A stretch of 64,000 bases of DNA from the NCBI GenBank assembly GCA_965223665.1, contig OZ245011.1, forward strand, positions 288,001-352,000. Reading direction: 5' to 3'. Position numbers and translations under genes: made by a program. This DNA is from Nitrospinaceae bacterium. Lineage in GTDB: Bacteria; Nitrospinota; Nitrospinia; Nitrospinales; Nitrospinaceae. This document shows, in pieces, positions 20,104-29,737 of the stretch (position 1 is the stretch's first letter; each line of letters opens with the position of its first letter). The notes under the pieces were generated by a model that searched no databases, had not been told where the DNA came from, and saw only the letters and a list, made by a program, of their open reading frames with translations.

Positions 20104-23100
20104 TTGACTAATTCTTTATAATATTCATTAACCATGCGTTGATATTTTTGGGGATATCGGTTTTTCATGGCTTTTAAAATTTCTTCACGAAATTGTCCTG
20201 GAACTTTGTATTGATCCTCAGAAGGTAAATTGACCTTTTCTTGTTGCATTCGGGTTGAACCACGTCCTCTTTGATTCTCTCTAGCTTGCCCTTGGCCAAA
20301 ACTGAACATTCTTTGTTGTCCGTTGGGTCCTTGTCCTGAATCTGCATTTTTTAATTGATTCAACATATCTTTGATTTCAGAAAGTTTTTGTAAGGCTCGG
20401 TTTTCAGATTCGATACTTTCGGGAATTCTCTTGTTTTGCAATCCGCGTTCAGCGTGCATCATTTGACGTCCAGCATTTTTCATTCCTCTGGATAGTTCAG
20501 GAGTGATCATCGGATTTTTCTGATTCATGCCACGAAAAATTTCTTCTAAATCCATGGCTTCATGCCGCATTTGTTGTTGTTGCTTTGAAAGATTTTGAAG
20601 CTTTTGTGAGTCTCCCTCAGAAATCATAGATTGATAGTCCTTGGAGATATCTCTCATTAAAGTTCCCAGTTTTTTAGAAATTTCCCGATTAATTTCATTT
20701 ATAGATTGCAGATCTGCCTTCATCTTATCATGCAAGGAAGAATCCAAATCTCTGGCAGTACGGAAATGGTTTTGCCATCTTAGTATTTCAGGATACGTTC
20801 TTTGAAATAGTGAATTAAATTCATATAAGTCCATTAATTCGGTTAACTCTTCCAGCTTATTGTATTTTTCTGTTAATTCTGGGAGAAAGTTCTTAAATCC
20901 CTGGAACATTTTCATGTGAAGATCGTGCATCTGGTTCACGACTTCAGACAAATTGTTCCGGGCTTTATTCAAATCTTGAAATTTTTGGCGTACATCTTTT
21001 TTACCAGTTGAATCAACCGTTTTTTGATTAAGTTCGCTGATGTTTTGGCGAAGGTTTGCTTCTTTATCCATTAAATTACTATAAGTTTTCATTTTGGGAT
21101 GATCATCTAATGCATGTTCATCTTCGCTTAAAAGTTTTTGAATTTCATTTACATCTTTTTTGAGGCTCTGAAAAAACTCCTTCAATTGATTTTCAAATTT
21201 TTTGAATTGCTGAGAACGAAGGTTTTTATTTATTTCTGTTGTTTTATTAAGAAGGTGTTTTTCTTTTGCTTCAAGCTCTTCGATTTTGGAAAGAGATTCA
21301 TTCAATTGGTTCATGATTTCCATATCCACCAAGTTCTGTTGATTATCCTGCATATCTTGCAGTTGATCAGAAAATGCCCTCAAATCATCCATCATTTTTT
21401 CAAGCTCTTCCATGGCTTGATCCATTTTCCCCTGATTGATTAAATCCATTAGTTTTTCCAGAGAAGAATCAAAGGATTCCATATTCAGGGATTCAAATGC
21501 ATTTCGATTCAGAAACTCATCGGGAAGAGATTGATTCTGTCGTGCAAGTTGCTCCATGATTTTTTGCAAGGTTTCTTTGAGTTTTTTTATCATGGATTTC
21601 ATTTCTGGAGAATTAGCATCTGACTTTTTATCTCGTGCCTTTTCTAATTCTTCTCTCAATGATTCTGCTAATTCGGAAAGATCTTTTTCCATATCTAAGA
21701 CTTGACTCATGCGTTCTCGATTAAGCATTTTAATTAAAAACAATATGTCTCTTTCCAAGTGAGCAATTAGTTTGTCGTTAACAGATTCAACCGGTGGAAA
21801 ATTCAGGCCTATGGGTGTGGCTTTTACAATCGCATTGCTGATTTGATTCATTGCTTGAATATGCTCTTCTCTGATTCTGTTCAAGCCTGAAATAATGTTT
21901 TTTATTAGAGTGAGATAAGGTTGTGGAAATGATTGTATTACTTCTGCCTGTGATTGGATAGACTGCGCAAGATTTATAATTCGTATCAATTGATCAGTAT
22001 TATAAGCCAATGTATGTTTTAGCTTGTCCAGTCCTTCAGGAGTGTTTTCGTGCTCGTTTATATTGGTAACTAAACTTCGTGCCAATAATTCAATCATTCG
22101 TTCAACTAATTCCTCTTGAAGGGCTATCAGATCCAGATGCTTCTTTTTTTCGTCAAAAATTTCAAATGAAAATACTTCAGACTGGCCCGTGTTGGGGCCA
22201 AAGATGGTATCGTTGTCAAAAATTTCCAAGTAATATTGGACCTCATCCCCTGGAAGAATATCCAATGTGCTTAATTCCCAAGTGTAGTCGCCTTTTAATT
22301 CTGTTTGGAATCCCTTAATATTTTTTATGAGTTTTTTCTTTATTTTCCCATTAACGTTAATCACTAAATCAACTTTTTGAATTCCAAAATCATCAGATCC
22401 TTCATAAAAAAATTGAACTTTATCTGTTAGATAATATACGGGTTTTGGATTTGCCAAGAATATTGTGATATGTGGGGATTTGTCTTTTTTTAAGGTAATA
22501 GGGTATTCTTCGGGCAATAAAATTTTATTGTTATTCAGTGATTTGATTTCATACTGGTAATGCCCAGGTTCCCGGATTATAAAACGGCCACGGATATTTT
22601 TATCCTTGTTAATTTCCATTGAAAGCCGGTCCGTGCCATTAATAACTAAACTTGATCCTGCCAAGGGATGATTTGATTGAGCTTGAATAATTACTTCAGT
22701 GCCGGGAAACACGTTTATTTTCCCATCGGAGGGATCAATCGTTTTTTGCTTGAGCCTTGTATACGCTGGAAAGTTATAAGTTAAAGAAAACTTACTTAAT
22801 GAATAATCTAGTTCTTTCTGCAAGGATTTATCTGTTTTACCTGCTTGCGCTAAAAGTTTGGTCTGATTGGTAGGGCTTGGAGGTGAAGTGAGTTTTGCAT
22901 ATCCGCGCGTCCAAAACTCAGGCATAGCAAAATTTAAAACTAATGCCATTAAAATTACTATAAAAAGAATGCCTACACTGCGTAAAAAGTTCTTAGAGTT
23001 TACTAAGGTTTTATAATCCAGTTCTTTTACTTGTTTTCCCGTTCTAGAAATCAACTCCTCTACAAACTCAACTGACATGTCAGAAGAAGGTTGAGATTTG

Positions 23101-23438
23101 TGCAAGAGAGGTTCTAATTGGATAGAATTTATCAGGCCATTTTGAAGGCCTTGAACTTTATTTTCTATAAAAAGGGCAGTTTGATCCGGTGAAAATGATG
23201 TCCAACCATTTTTTCTCGATATAAATATACAAAGAAAGATAAAAGAAACGACCCACAAAATGCAAAATAAAAAAATAATTGGAAGGGAAGGGGAGTTATA
23301 GTAGGCCACTAAATTTGCGATTAGCGCGCCGCCTATTAGCAAAGCTAATATAAGAGAAAAGTTGGAAGAAAATTGGAAGAAAAATCGCCGTTTACGAACT
23401 TTATCCAGAAAGCTTTTTATTTGTTGGGCAGAATCCAT
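20100..23438 (-). CDS. DUF4175-like large membrane-anchored coiled-coil protein
   Basis: Three N-terminal TM helices, Ig-like region (PAYT, DDFGI, DNDTIFGP), long coiled coils, C-terminal EEILKAM..YP.KYQ.MVNEYYKEL. Confidence 0.75.
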   Translation of the reverse strand: MDSAQQIKSFLDKVRKRRFFFQFSSNFSLILALLIGGALIANLVAYYNSPSLPIIFLFCILWVVSFIFLCIFISRKNGWTSFSPDQTALFIENKVQGLQNGLINSIQLEPLLHKSQPSSDMSVEFVEELISRTGKQVKELDYKTLVNSKNFLRSVGILFIVILMALVLNFAMPEFWTRGYAKLTSPPSPTNQTKLLAQAGKTDKSLQKELDYSLSKFSLTYNFPAYTRLKQKTIDPSDGKINVFPGTEVIIQAQSNHPLAGSSLVINGTDRLSMEINKDKNIRGRFIIREPGHYQYEIKSLNNNKILLPEEYPITLKKDKSPHITIFLANPKPVYYLTDKVQFFYEGSDDFGIQKVDLVINVNGKIKKKLIKNIKGFQTELKGDYTWELSTLDILPGDEVQYYLEIFDNDTIFGPNTGQSEVFSFEIFDEKKKHLDLIALQEELVERMIELLARSLVTNINEHENTPEGLDKLKHTLAYNTDQLIRIINLAQSIQSQAEVIQSFPQPYLTLIKNIISGLNRIREEHIQAMNQISNAIVKATPIGLNFPPVESVNDKLIAHLERDILFLIKMLNRERMSQVLDMEKDLSELAESLREELEKARDKKSDANSPEMKSMIKKLKETLQKIMEQLARQNQSLPDEFLNRNAFESLNMESFDSSLEKLMDLINQGKMDQAMEELEKMMDDLRAFSDQLQDMQDNQQNLVDMEIMNQLNESLSKIEELEAKEKHLLNKTTEINKNLRSQQFKKFENQLKEFFQSLKKDVNEIQKLLSEDEHALDDHPKMKTYSNLMDKEANLRQNISELNQKTVDSTGKKDVRQKFQDLNKARNNLSEVVNQMHDLHMKMFQGFKNFLPELTEKYNKLEELTELMDLYEFNSLFQRTYPEILRWQNHFRTARDLDSSLHDKMKADLQSINEINREISKKLGTLMRDISKDYQSMISEGDSQKLQNLSKQQQQMRHEAMDLEEIFRGMNQKNPMITPELSRGMKNAGRQMMHAERGLQNKRIPESIESENRALQKLSEIKDMLNQLKNADSGQGPNGQQRMFSFGQGQARENQRGRGSTRMQQEKVNLPSEDQYKVPGQFREEILKAMKNRYPQKYQRMVNEYYKELVK

Positions 23439-23605
23439 ATAAGTGATTTTGAATTAACCATTTCGACAACTGTATTATATCCTGATTTACTTCTTTTGGT
23501 AATTAGTAAAAGGAGGAGGGGGAGAGCAAAGGGATAATTAAGTTTTGAAGGTTATATTGTCAAGCTTTTCAATATAATAGCAACACTCAATTCAAGCGCT
23601 AAGGC

Positions 23606-24382
23606 TTAAGCTGTGCTGGGGTTGTCGTTATCTTTTGTTATTTCCCTATTTTTTAAAAATGGACCGAATAACTCCAAAGGAAGTGGAAAAAAGGTTGTTG
23701 TTGATTTATCCACCGAAACATCAAGCATGGTTTGTAAAAATCTTAATTGCAGGGCTGGTGGGTGAGCATTAATAATGTCCGCCGCATCACCAATTTTTTC
23801 TGCTGCCTCATATTCCCCTAAAGCATGAATTATTTTGGCCCTTCTTTCTCGTTCAGCTTCGGCTTGCTTTGCTAATGCACGCTGCATTTCCTGGGGTAGG
23901 TCGACATTTTTTACTTCAACATTGGCTACTTTGACCCCCCAGGGTTCTGTCTGGTCATCAATGACCTGTTGAAGATGATTGTTAATCTCTTCACGATTAG
24001 AAAGCAAATCATCCAATTGGCTTTGCCCTAATATACTTCGCAACGTGGTTTGGGATAATTGGGACGTGGCATATAGAAAGTCTTCGACTTCAATTATGGC
24101 TTTTTGCGGGTCAAGCACTCTAAAGTAAACAACGGCATTAACCTTAACGGTGACATTGTCTTTAGTAATTATGTCTTGGGGAGGAACATCCATGACCACC
24201 GTTCGTAGACTCACCTTAACCATTTTTTGAATTAAAGGTACAACAATAATTATTCCAGGGCCCTTTACTTTATAAAATTTCCCCAGGAAAAATATTACCC
24301 CTCTTTCATATTCGCGTAAAACCTTAAACGATATAAAGAATAAAAATAGGATAATAAGAATGGTGACAAATAAAGGCTCCAT
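23606..24382 (-). CDS. SPFH/stomatin (slipin) family protein
   Basis: [39 protein letters not shown]; the true start is the ATG at 24382 after an AGGGAG RBS. Confidence 0.93.
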   Translation of the reverse strand: MEPLFVTILIILFLFFISFKVLREYERGVIFFLGKFYKVKGPGIIIVVPLIQKMVKVSLRTVVMDVPPQDIITKDNVTVKVNAVVYFRVLDPQKAIIEVEDFLYATSQLSQTTLRSILGQSQLDDLLSNREEINNHLQQVIDDQTEPWGVKVANVEVKNVDLPQEMQRALAKQAEAERERRAKIIHALGEYEAAEKIGDAADIINAHPPALQLRFLQTMLDVSVDKSTTTFFPLPLELFGPFLKNREITKDNDNPSTA

Positions 24383-24579
24383 GGCGCTTCTCCCTGTAAA
24401 GGATTTATTAAGCGTTACATTAATCATGATACCAATAAAAGACCTTGAAAAAGAAGCTTTTTCGGTACTTTTGTCAAACGATTTCCAGGTCAAGGAAAAA
24501 ATGATTTTTGGGTTGTTACTTTTGCAAAGATGTGAGAATTTGGTGGAAACAATTCTATTAATTCCGTAAATTTGAATAT

Positions 24580-25416
24580 ATGGGATACTATTTAAGAGTT
24601 TGGAAAAATTATCAAACATCAATACTATCCATATTGCTCGTTCTGACAATTCTGGCTAAAGGGGTATTTGCGGAACCTTTAAATATTTCAACCCATGCCT
24701 CCGTGGAAGAGGGTGGAATAGTTGATATCCAATTGACTATAGAAAATGTAAGTGGAAAACCGCTTTATCATATTCATCCCATGTTTCATTTCCACCATTC
24801 CATGGAGCCTTTAGAAATGATTCATTTGTTAGACCCGGGAGAGAAAAAAACATTCCATACTAAAAAACATCCTAAGGTTGTCCGCATTGGAAGTTATCCT
24901 TTGGTGGTAATGGTTCAGTATAAAAACTCGCAAGATACCGATGAGTCTATTACACAAGTTCATACAGATTCCTTTTCTTTTAAAGAAAGTTTGAAAGCAA
25001 GTATTGAAGGAGAAATAAGAACCAAGACAATTGATGAAACTTCTCTATTACAAATTTTGGTAAAAAATAAATCAGGTTCCTTTAAAAATATCCGCCTAAT
25101 GCTGTTGTTACCTCCAGATCTGATTGCGGAAAGTTTTAAAGGAATGATGGGTTTCACGATTCGAGGGGGTGAAGAAAAATACTTTGAGGTTCCGGTTAAA
25201 AAGATTGGAGGTCATGAATCTTATGAGTATCCGGTTCATTTAATGGTGGAGTATGGGGAAATGTTAAAACATTATTCCGGGGATATTCAGGGAACCATAA
25301 AATTTAGTTCTTTTTTTGGTAAAGGCTTTGAATGGCCACACCTCCTGGTATTCGCTTTTTTATTTTTTACATTGATCCAATATTTTAAGAAACGCTTAAT
25401 TGCATTTAAGTATTAA
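24580..25416 (+). CDS. Hypothetical exported protein with C-terminal membrane anchor
   Basis: Signal peptide (VFA), two Ig-like beta-rich halves, C-terminal TM helix and KKR. Confidence 0.65.
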   Translation: MGYYLRVWKNYQTSILSILLVLTILAKGVFAEPLNISTHASVEEGGIVDIQLTIENVSGKPLYHIHPMFHFHHSMEPLEMIHLLDPGEKKTFHTKKHPKVVRIGSYPLVVMVQYKNSQDTDESITQVHTDSFSFKESLKASIEGEIRTKTIDETSLLQILVKNKSGSFKNIRLMLLLPPDLIAESFKGMMGFTIRGGEEKYFEVPVKKIGGHESYEYPVHLMVEYGEMLKHYSGDIQGTIKFSSFFGKGFEWPHLLVFAFLFFTLIQYFKKRLIAFKY

Positions 25417-25628
25417 ATAAAAGATTTCCGCAAATATACTATTTATTCCTCTGAAGAATTAAATCAATCCTATATGAAAATTCCCTTCCATTTGTAAATT
25501 TACTTATATGTTTGAAATTTTTTAAAGTTTTGAATTTCCCTCTATTTAGTTTTTTCTTCTTTAGTTAATGGGAAAAATTGAATTTTATCCTTAATTTGCC
25601 CTTAAACTAAAAAGAAACAAAAATTGAA

Positions 25629-26588
25629 ATGAGGTTTAATTTGGAAACACAAGCTCCTCCATTGGAAGATGAAATAGGAAAAGAATTAAGGAGCCACTCG
25701 GGAATAAGTCGGACAACGATTCATGGTTGGCCATCCGTATTTTTTGGAAGTCCTTTTCTAGCAGCGGGTATTGTGATTAGTTGTTTGTATTTAGGTGTAA
25801 TCGAATATTCTTCCAGGAGTTTACACGCCCCTGAATGGATTTTAGGAGTGTTCGGATTTATGTTTTTCCTTGCAGGTGCTTCTTTAATGGGACATGGTCT
25901 GTTAGGTGTAAGACAAAGAGCTTTATTAAAAGACGCAAAAAAAAATAGAACTTCTTCTCCCTGGTTATGGGATTACCCTTGGCACGCATTAGGCATTTCA
26001 GAAAATAAATTGAAGGAGGCCTTACATTCGATATTTTTGTTAGTCGTTTTCAGTGTATTTCTTGCTCCCTTCAATTGGTGGGCCTTCTTTTCAAATCAAT
26101 CTGAAATTCTTTTAAAGCTTATTGTTGGTTTTTTTGATTTGGTTTGTGGGTTGGGAGTCGGGATTAATTTTTATAAAAAGTGGGCCCTTTATTTAAAATA
26201 TGGAAATAGTCGACTTCAGTTTCGGGATTTCCCCTTTTTTTTAGGAAATAAAATCAGTGTTGGGTTAATAGGTTTGCCAAAAAATGCTGAACAAGTTGAG
26301 TGTCATTTACGTTGTATTGAGGAAAGATATGAAATAAGAGGGAGTGGGCGTAACCGAAGCTCAAAAGTAGTGTGTTATGAAAAATATAGAGATACAAAAA
26401 AAATTCATGGTTCGAAGGTGTTGAATCAAGAAAAGTTGTCGTTGGAGTGGAAGCTTCCCAATGATAAGGATTTGAAATCTATTTTAAGCGAACGACCAGC
26501 TAAGTTTTGGGAATTGGAGGTGAAGGCCGAAACACCAGGAGTGGATTACCACAGCCGATTTTTATTACCCGTTTACGTAAAAAGTTAA
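25629..26588 (+). CDS. Hypothetical membrane protein
   Basis: Four TM helices and a soluble C-terminus ending WELEVKAETPGVDY..RFLLPV. Confidence 0.7.
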   Translation: MRFNLETQAPPLEDEIGKELRSHSGISRTTIHGWPSVFFGSPFLAAGIVISCLYLGVIEYSSRSLHAPEWILGVFGFMFFLAGASLMGHGLLGVRQRALLKDAKKNRTSSPWLWDYPWHALGISENKLKEALHSIFLLVVFSVFLAPFNWWAFFSNQSEILLKLIVGFFDLVCGLGVGINFYKKWALYLKYGNSRLQFRDFPFFLGNKISVGLIGLPKNAEQVECHLRCIEERYEIRGSGRNRSSKVVCYEKYRDTKKIHGSKVLNQEKLSLEWKLPNDKDLKSILSERPAKFWELEVKAETPGVDYHSRFLLPVYVKS

Positions 26589-26603
26589 ATCATTTTTTTC
26601 AAT

Positions 26604-26637
26604 AAAAAAGGGCTTATGGAAAACTCCACAAGCCCTT
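26604..26637 (-). terminator. Intrinsic terminator of the degP-like gene
   Basis: Minus strand AAGGGCTTGTGGA/TCCATAAGCCCTT stem followed by a U-run. Confidence 0.75.
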
Positions 26638-26671
26638 CTAAGATAGATGAACCAACTAAACTTAATGTGAT

Positions 26672-27859
26672 TTAAACATTACGTTCAGTCAATTCCTCAA
26701 TGGTGATGGAAACGGATTTTTTAGAACCATTTCTTATTACTTCCATTTCCACTGTTTTCCCAGGGGAAGTTTTCGCAACCAGCTTAGGCAGGTCGGAAAA
26801 ACTGTTAACTTTCTCTTTGTTAAAAGCAACCACTACGTCTCCACGAAGTAAACCGCCCTTGTGGGCAGGTCCATTTGGAAATACATCGCTGACTAAAGCC
26901 CCTTCTGCCCCTTTCACCCCAAAGTTTGCAGCCAATTCGGGTGTTAATTTTTGGATCATCACCCCTAACCAACCTCGGGTTACTTTACCGTCTTTTTTGA
27001 GTTGGTCAATGATGGTTGATGCCATGTTTATAGGAATTGCAAACCCAATTCCCACATTGCCTCCGGAATTTCCGGAAATAATGGCTGTATTGATTCCAAT
27101 GACTTCGCCTTTTAAATTAAGCAATGGACCACCACTGTTTCCGGGATTAATGGAAGCATCCGTTTGAATAAACTCATCATAGGGTCCGGATCCAATATTG
27201 CGTCCTTTTGCACTAACAATTCCTGCGGTCACGGTATGACTGAGTCCGAATGGATTTCCTATAGCGATTACCCATTCACCAACTTCTAATGACTCTGAAT
27301 TACCAAATTTCATGTAGGGAAAGGTTTGAGTATTTTTAGAATCCTGATTAATTTGAAGGATAGCTAAATCAGTCTTAGCATCTGAGCCAATCAATCGAGC
27401 AGAGTATTCTTTTTCTTCAGTTGATTTTCCATTTAGGAGAAGAACTTTAATTTCATCAGCCCCATCTACCACATGATGATTGGTAATTACTAATCCGTCT
27501 TCACTTATGATAAATCCAGAACCCATACCGTTTCCTTTTTGAGGAGGTTGAGGTGGACTTGGGAACATTTTACCGAATGGATTTCCTGGTTGGTTTCTGT
27601 TGAAGGGATGTTGTCCATTAAACGGTGTTTGACTACGCATTTTTTTTACTTTTTTAATTGACCGGACACTTACCACCGCAGGATTTTTCTCTTTTGCTAC
27701 TTCGGTGATGATGTTGGTTCCCACAGGATTGTTAGTTGCGCTCATGGCATAGGAGCGAGTGGGAAAGTCCAAGGAAGCGTTTTGCAACCATCCGGTAAAT
27801 GGAAAAGATAAAGCTAAAGCGAAGATAAAAAATATTGAAAACTTAGTCGACCTTTTCAT
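26672..27859 (-). CDS. HtrA/DegP-DegQ family serine protease with one PDZ domain
   Basis: GSGFII, TNHHVV, TDLA, QTDASINPGNSGGPL, RGWLGV; alternative GTG start at 27874. Confidence 0.93.
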   Translation of the reverse strand: MKRSTKFSIFFIFALALSFPFTGWLQNASLDFPTRSYAMSATNNPVGTNIITEVAKEKNPAVVSVRSIKKVKKMRSQTPFNGQHPFNRNQPGNPFGKMFPSPPQPPQKGNGMGSGFIISEDGLVITNHHVVDGADEIKVLLLNGKSTEEKEYSARLIGSDAKTDLAILQINQDSKNTQTFPYMKFGNSESLEVGEWVIAIGNPFGLSHTVTAGIVSAKGRNIGSGPYDEFIQTDASINPGNSGGPLLNLKGEVIGINTAIISGNSGGNVGIGFAIPINMASTIIDQLKKDGKVTRGWLGVMIQKLTPELAANFGVKGAEGALVSDVFPNGPAHKGGLLRGDVVVAFNKEKVNSFSDLPKLVAKTSPGKTVEMEVIRNGSKKSVSITIEELTERNV

Positions 27860-27967
27860 TTTCCTGTGCCTCACAAAAATTATTTAATCAAACAAAATAT
27901 TTTTAAAACCCAAGGTTAGGATAAAATTTTGTAGATTAAATAAGTATTAACCAAAGATTAAATGTTT

Positions 27968-28345
27968 TTAATTTTTGGGTAGTGAGAATGCGAGGAGGAG
28001 CCAGCCGGTCATAAAGGAAAGGCCGCCAAGGGGTGTGATTGGGCCCAAAAATCTAGGGCCGCCTAATGCAAGGGCATAAAGACTTCCACTGAACATAATG
28101 ATTCCAGCCAAAAAAAACCATCCGGCGCGGTTGAGTTTTTTATTTTCAGAACCATCCAGTTTTAAGGCGAGGATACCTACAAGAACCAAAGCAATGCTAT
28201 GCATAAACTGATAAAAATTACCGGTTTGAAATGTTTCTAAACTTTTCTCAGCCAGTCGAGCTTTTAAAGAATGAGCGCCGAAGGCTCCCAACATAACGCT
28301 TAGGCCCCCAAGAATGGCACCAATTTTTATCCAAAGTTTTCCCAT
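27968..28345 (-). CDS. DUF423-family membrane protein
   Basis: GAFGAH, YQFMHS, FSGSLY, GPITPLGG. Confidence 0.9.
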   Translation of the reverse strand: MGKLWIKIGAILGGLSVMLGAFGAHSLKARLAEKSLETFQTGNFYQFMHSIALVLVGILALKLDGSENKKLNRAGWFFLAGIIMFSGSLYALALGGPRFLGPITPLGGLSFMTGWLLLAFSLPKN

Positions 28346-28348
28346 GAC

Positions 28349-29737
28349 TTATCCCACAATATTATATCGACGCGGCCGGTACTTAACCCCAAAATCGTTT
28401 TCGGAAATTTCTTTGCATTTTTCTTCATCCACACCCGGTTGATGAGTCACGATAGTGGATTGGACATCGGGTATGTATTTTTTGGCTTCATCGATGAATT
28501 CTAGAATTTTTTCATAAATCATCCCCTGGAATGAAGGTAGAGGTTTGCAAATTTCATCATAGGCTTCCGAGTTATCCGCATTTAAACTTATAGAAACCTC
28601 GTCAATTAAACCTTTTAGCTCGGGTAAAATGTTTCGTTTGTTGATAACATTTCCATGGCCGTTTGTGTTTAACCGGACCCTTCCACCAGCATTTTTTATT
28701 TTCTGAGCAACTTCTTTAATAATATCTAATCGAAGTGTGGGTTCACCATAACCACAAAATACAACTTCTTCGTATTGGGTGGGATCTCCAACTGCATTCC
28801 AAAGCTCATCTGCAGTTGGTTCACGGTCCAAGGCCAGGTTATAACCCTGAACAATGGGATTGGTCAGCCGGGTACAAAAAACGCAACTGTTAGTGCACCG
28901 TTGAGTTAAGTTTAAATAAAATGAGTTACGGATTTGATACCCAATAGTTCCTGCTTCTGCAGAATCACCGATACCAAATAAATCATGAAAGTTTTGTTCC
29001 ATGGAACGCAGTACATCTTCAACCCTAAGACCGCGTACCTCTGCTAATTTATCTATTGTGTAATTAACATAGGCCGGCTCATTACGCTTTCCACGTTTAG
29101 GGACCGGGGTGAGGAATGGGCAATCTGTTTCGGCAAATAACCGATCTGCTGGAACCATCTTTGCGACTTCCCTTAGAGTTTCGGCTTTTTTGAAGGTTAC
29201 TGAGCCTGAAAAGGAAATATAAAATCCCATTCGAAGTGCTGCTTCTGCTAATTCCACATCTCCAGCAAAACAATGGAAAATTCCCGACTTGCCTTCTGGG
29301 TTGTCATAATATTCCGATAAGATCGAGATCATATCTTCTTTAGCGTCTCTGCAGTGGATAATGATGGGTTTATTTAATTCCTTTGCAATCTCAATTTGAT
29401 TTCGGAAATGAGCGCGTTGAACATCTTGAGGTGAATAATTTTTAAAATAATCCAATCCAATTTCTCCTAAAGCAATCACTTTAGGATGATCCAGAAGAAT
29501 TCGAATCTGGTCAAAAGTATGCCCGTTAATATTTTTTACATCATGAGGGTGAACCCCTGCAGTGGCATAGATAAAATCGTAATGTTCGGTTAACTCTACT
29601 GAACGTTGGCTACTTTCAACATCACAGCCTACATTTACGATATATTTTATTCCTTGTTTTAAAGCACGATTGATTATTTCCTCACGATCTTCATCGTAAG
29701 AATTCATATCAATATGTGCATGTGTATCAATTATCAT
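28349..29737 (-). CDS. tatD: TatD hydrolase fused to a TatD-associated radical SAM domain
   Basis: DTHAH, GVHPH, GEIGLDY, ETDCPFL; C-terminal YLNLTQRCTNSCVFC and EVVFCGYGEPT. Confidence 0.9.
   Translation of the reverse strand: MIIDTHAHIDMNSYDEDREEIINRALKQGIKYIVNVGCDVESSQRSVELTEHYDFIYATAGVHPHDVKNINGHTFDQIRILLDHPKVIALGEIGLDYFKNYSPQDVQRAHFRNQIEIAKELNKPIIIHCRDAKEDMISILSEYYDNPEGKSGIFHCFAGDVELAEAALRMGFYISFSGSVTFKKAETLREVAKMVPADRLFAETDCPFLTPVPKRGKRNEPAYVNYTIDKLAEVRGLRVEDVLRSMEQNFHDLFGIGDSAEAGTIGYQIRNSFYLNLTQRCTNSCVFCTRLTNPIVQGYNLALDREPTADELWNAVGDPTQYEEVVFCGYGEPTLRLDIIKEVAQKIKNAGGRVRLNTNGHGNVINKRNILPELKGLIDEVSISLNADNSEAYDEICKPLPSFQGMIYEKILEFIDEAKKYIPDVQSTIVTHQPGVDEEKCKEISENDFGVKYRPRRYNIVG

Noticed and set aside
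24383-24649. 89-aa N-terminal extension of the stomatin ORF
   Set aside because: It overlaps the divergent gene and promoter region. Family similarity and an RBS point to the ATG at 24382.
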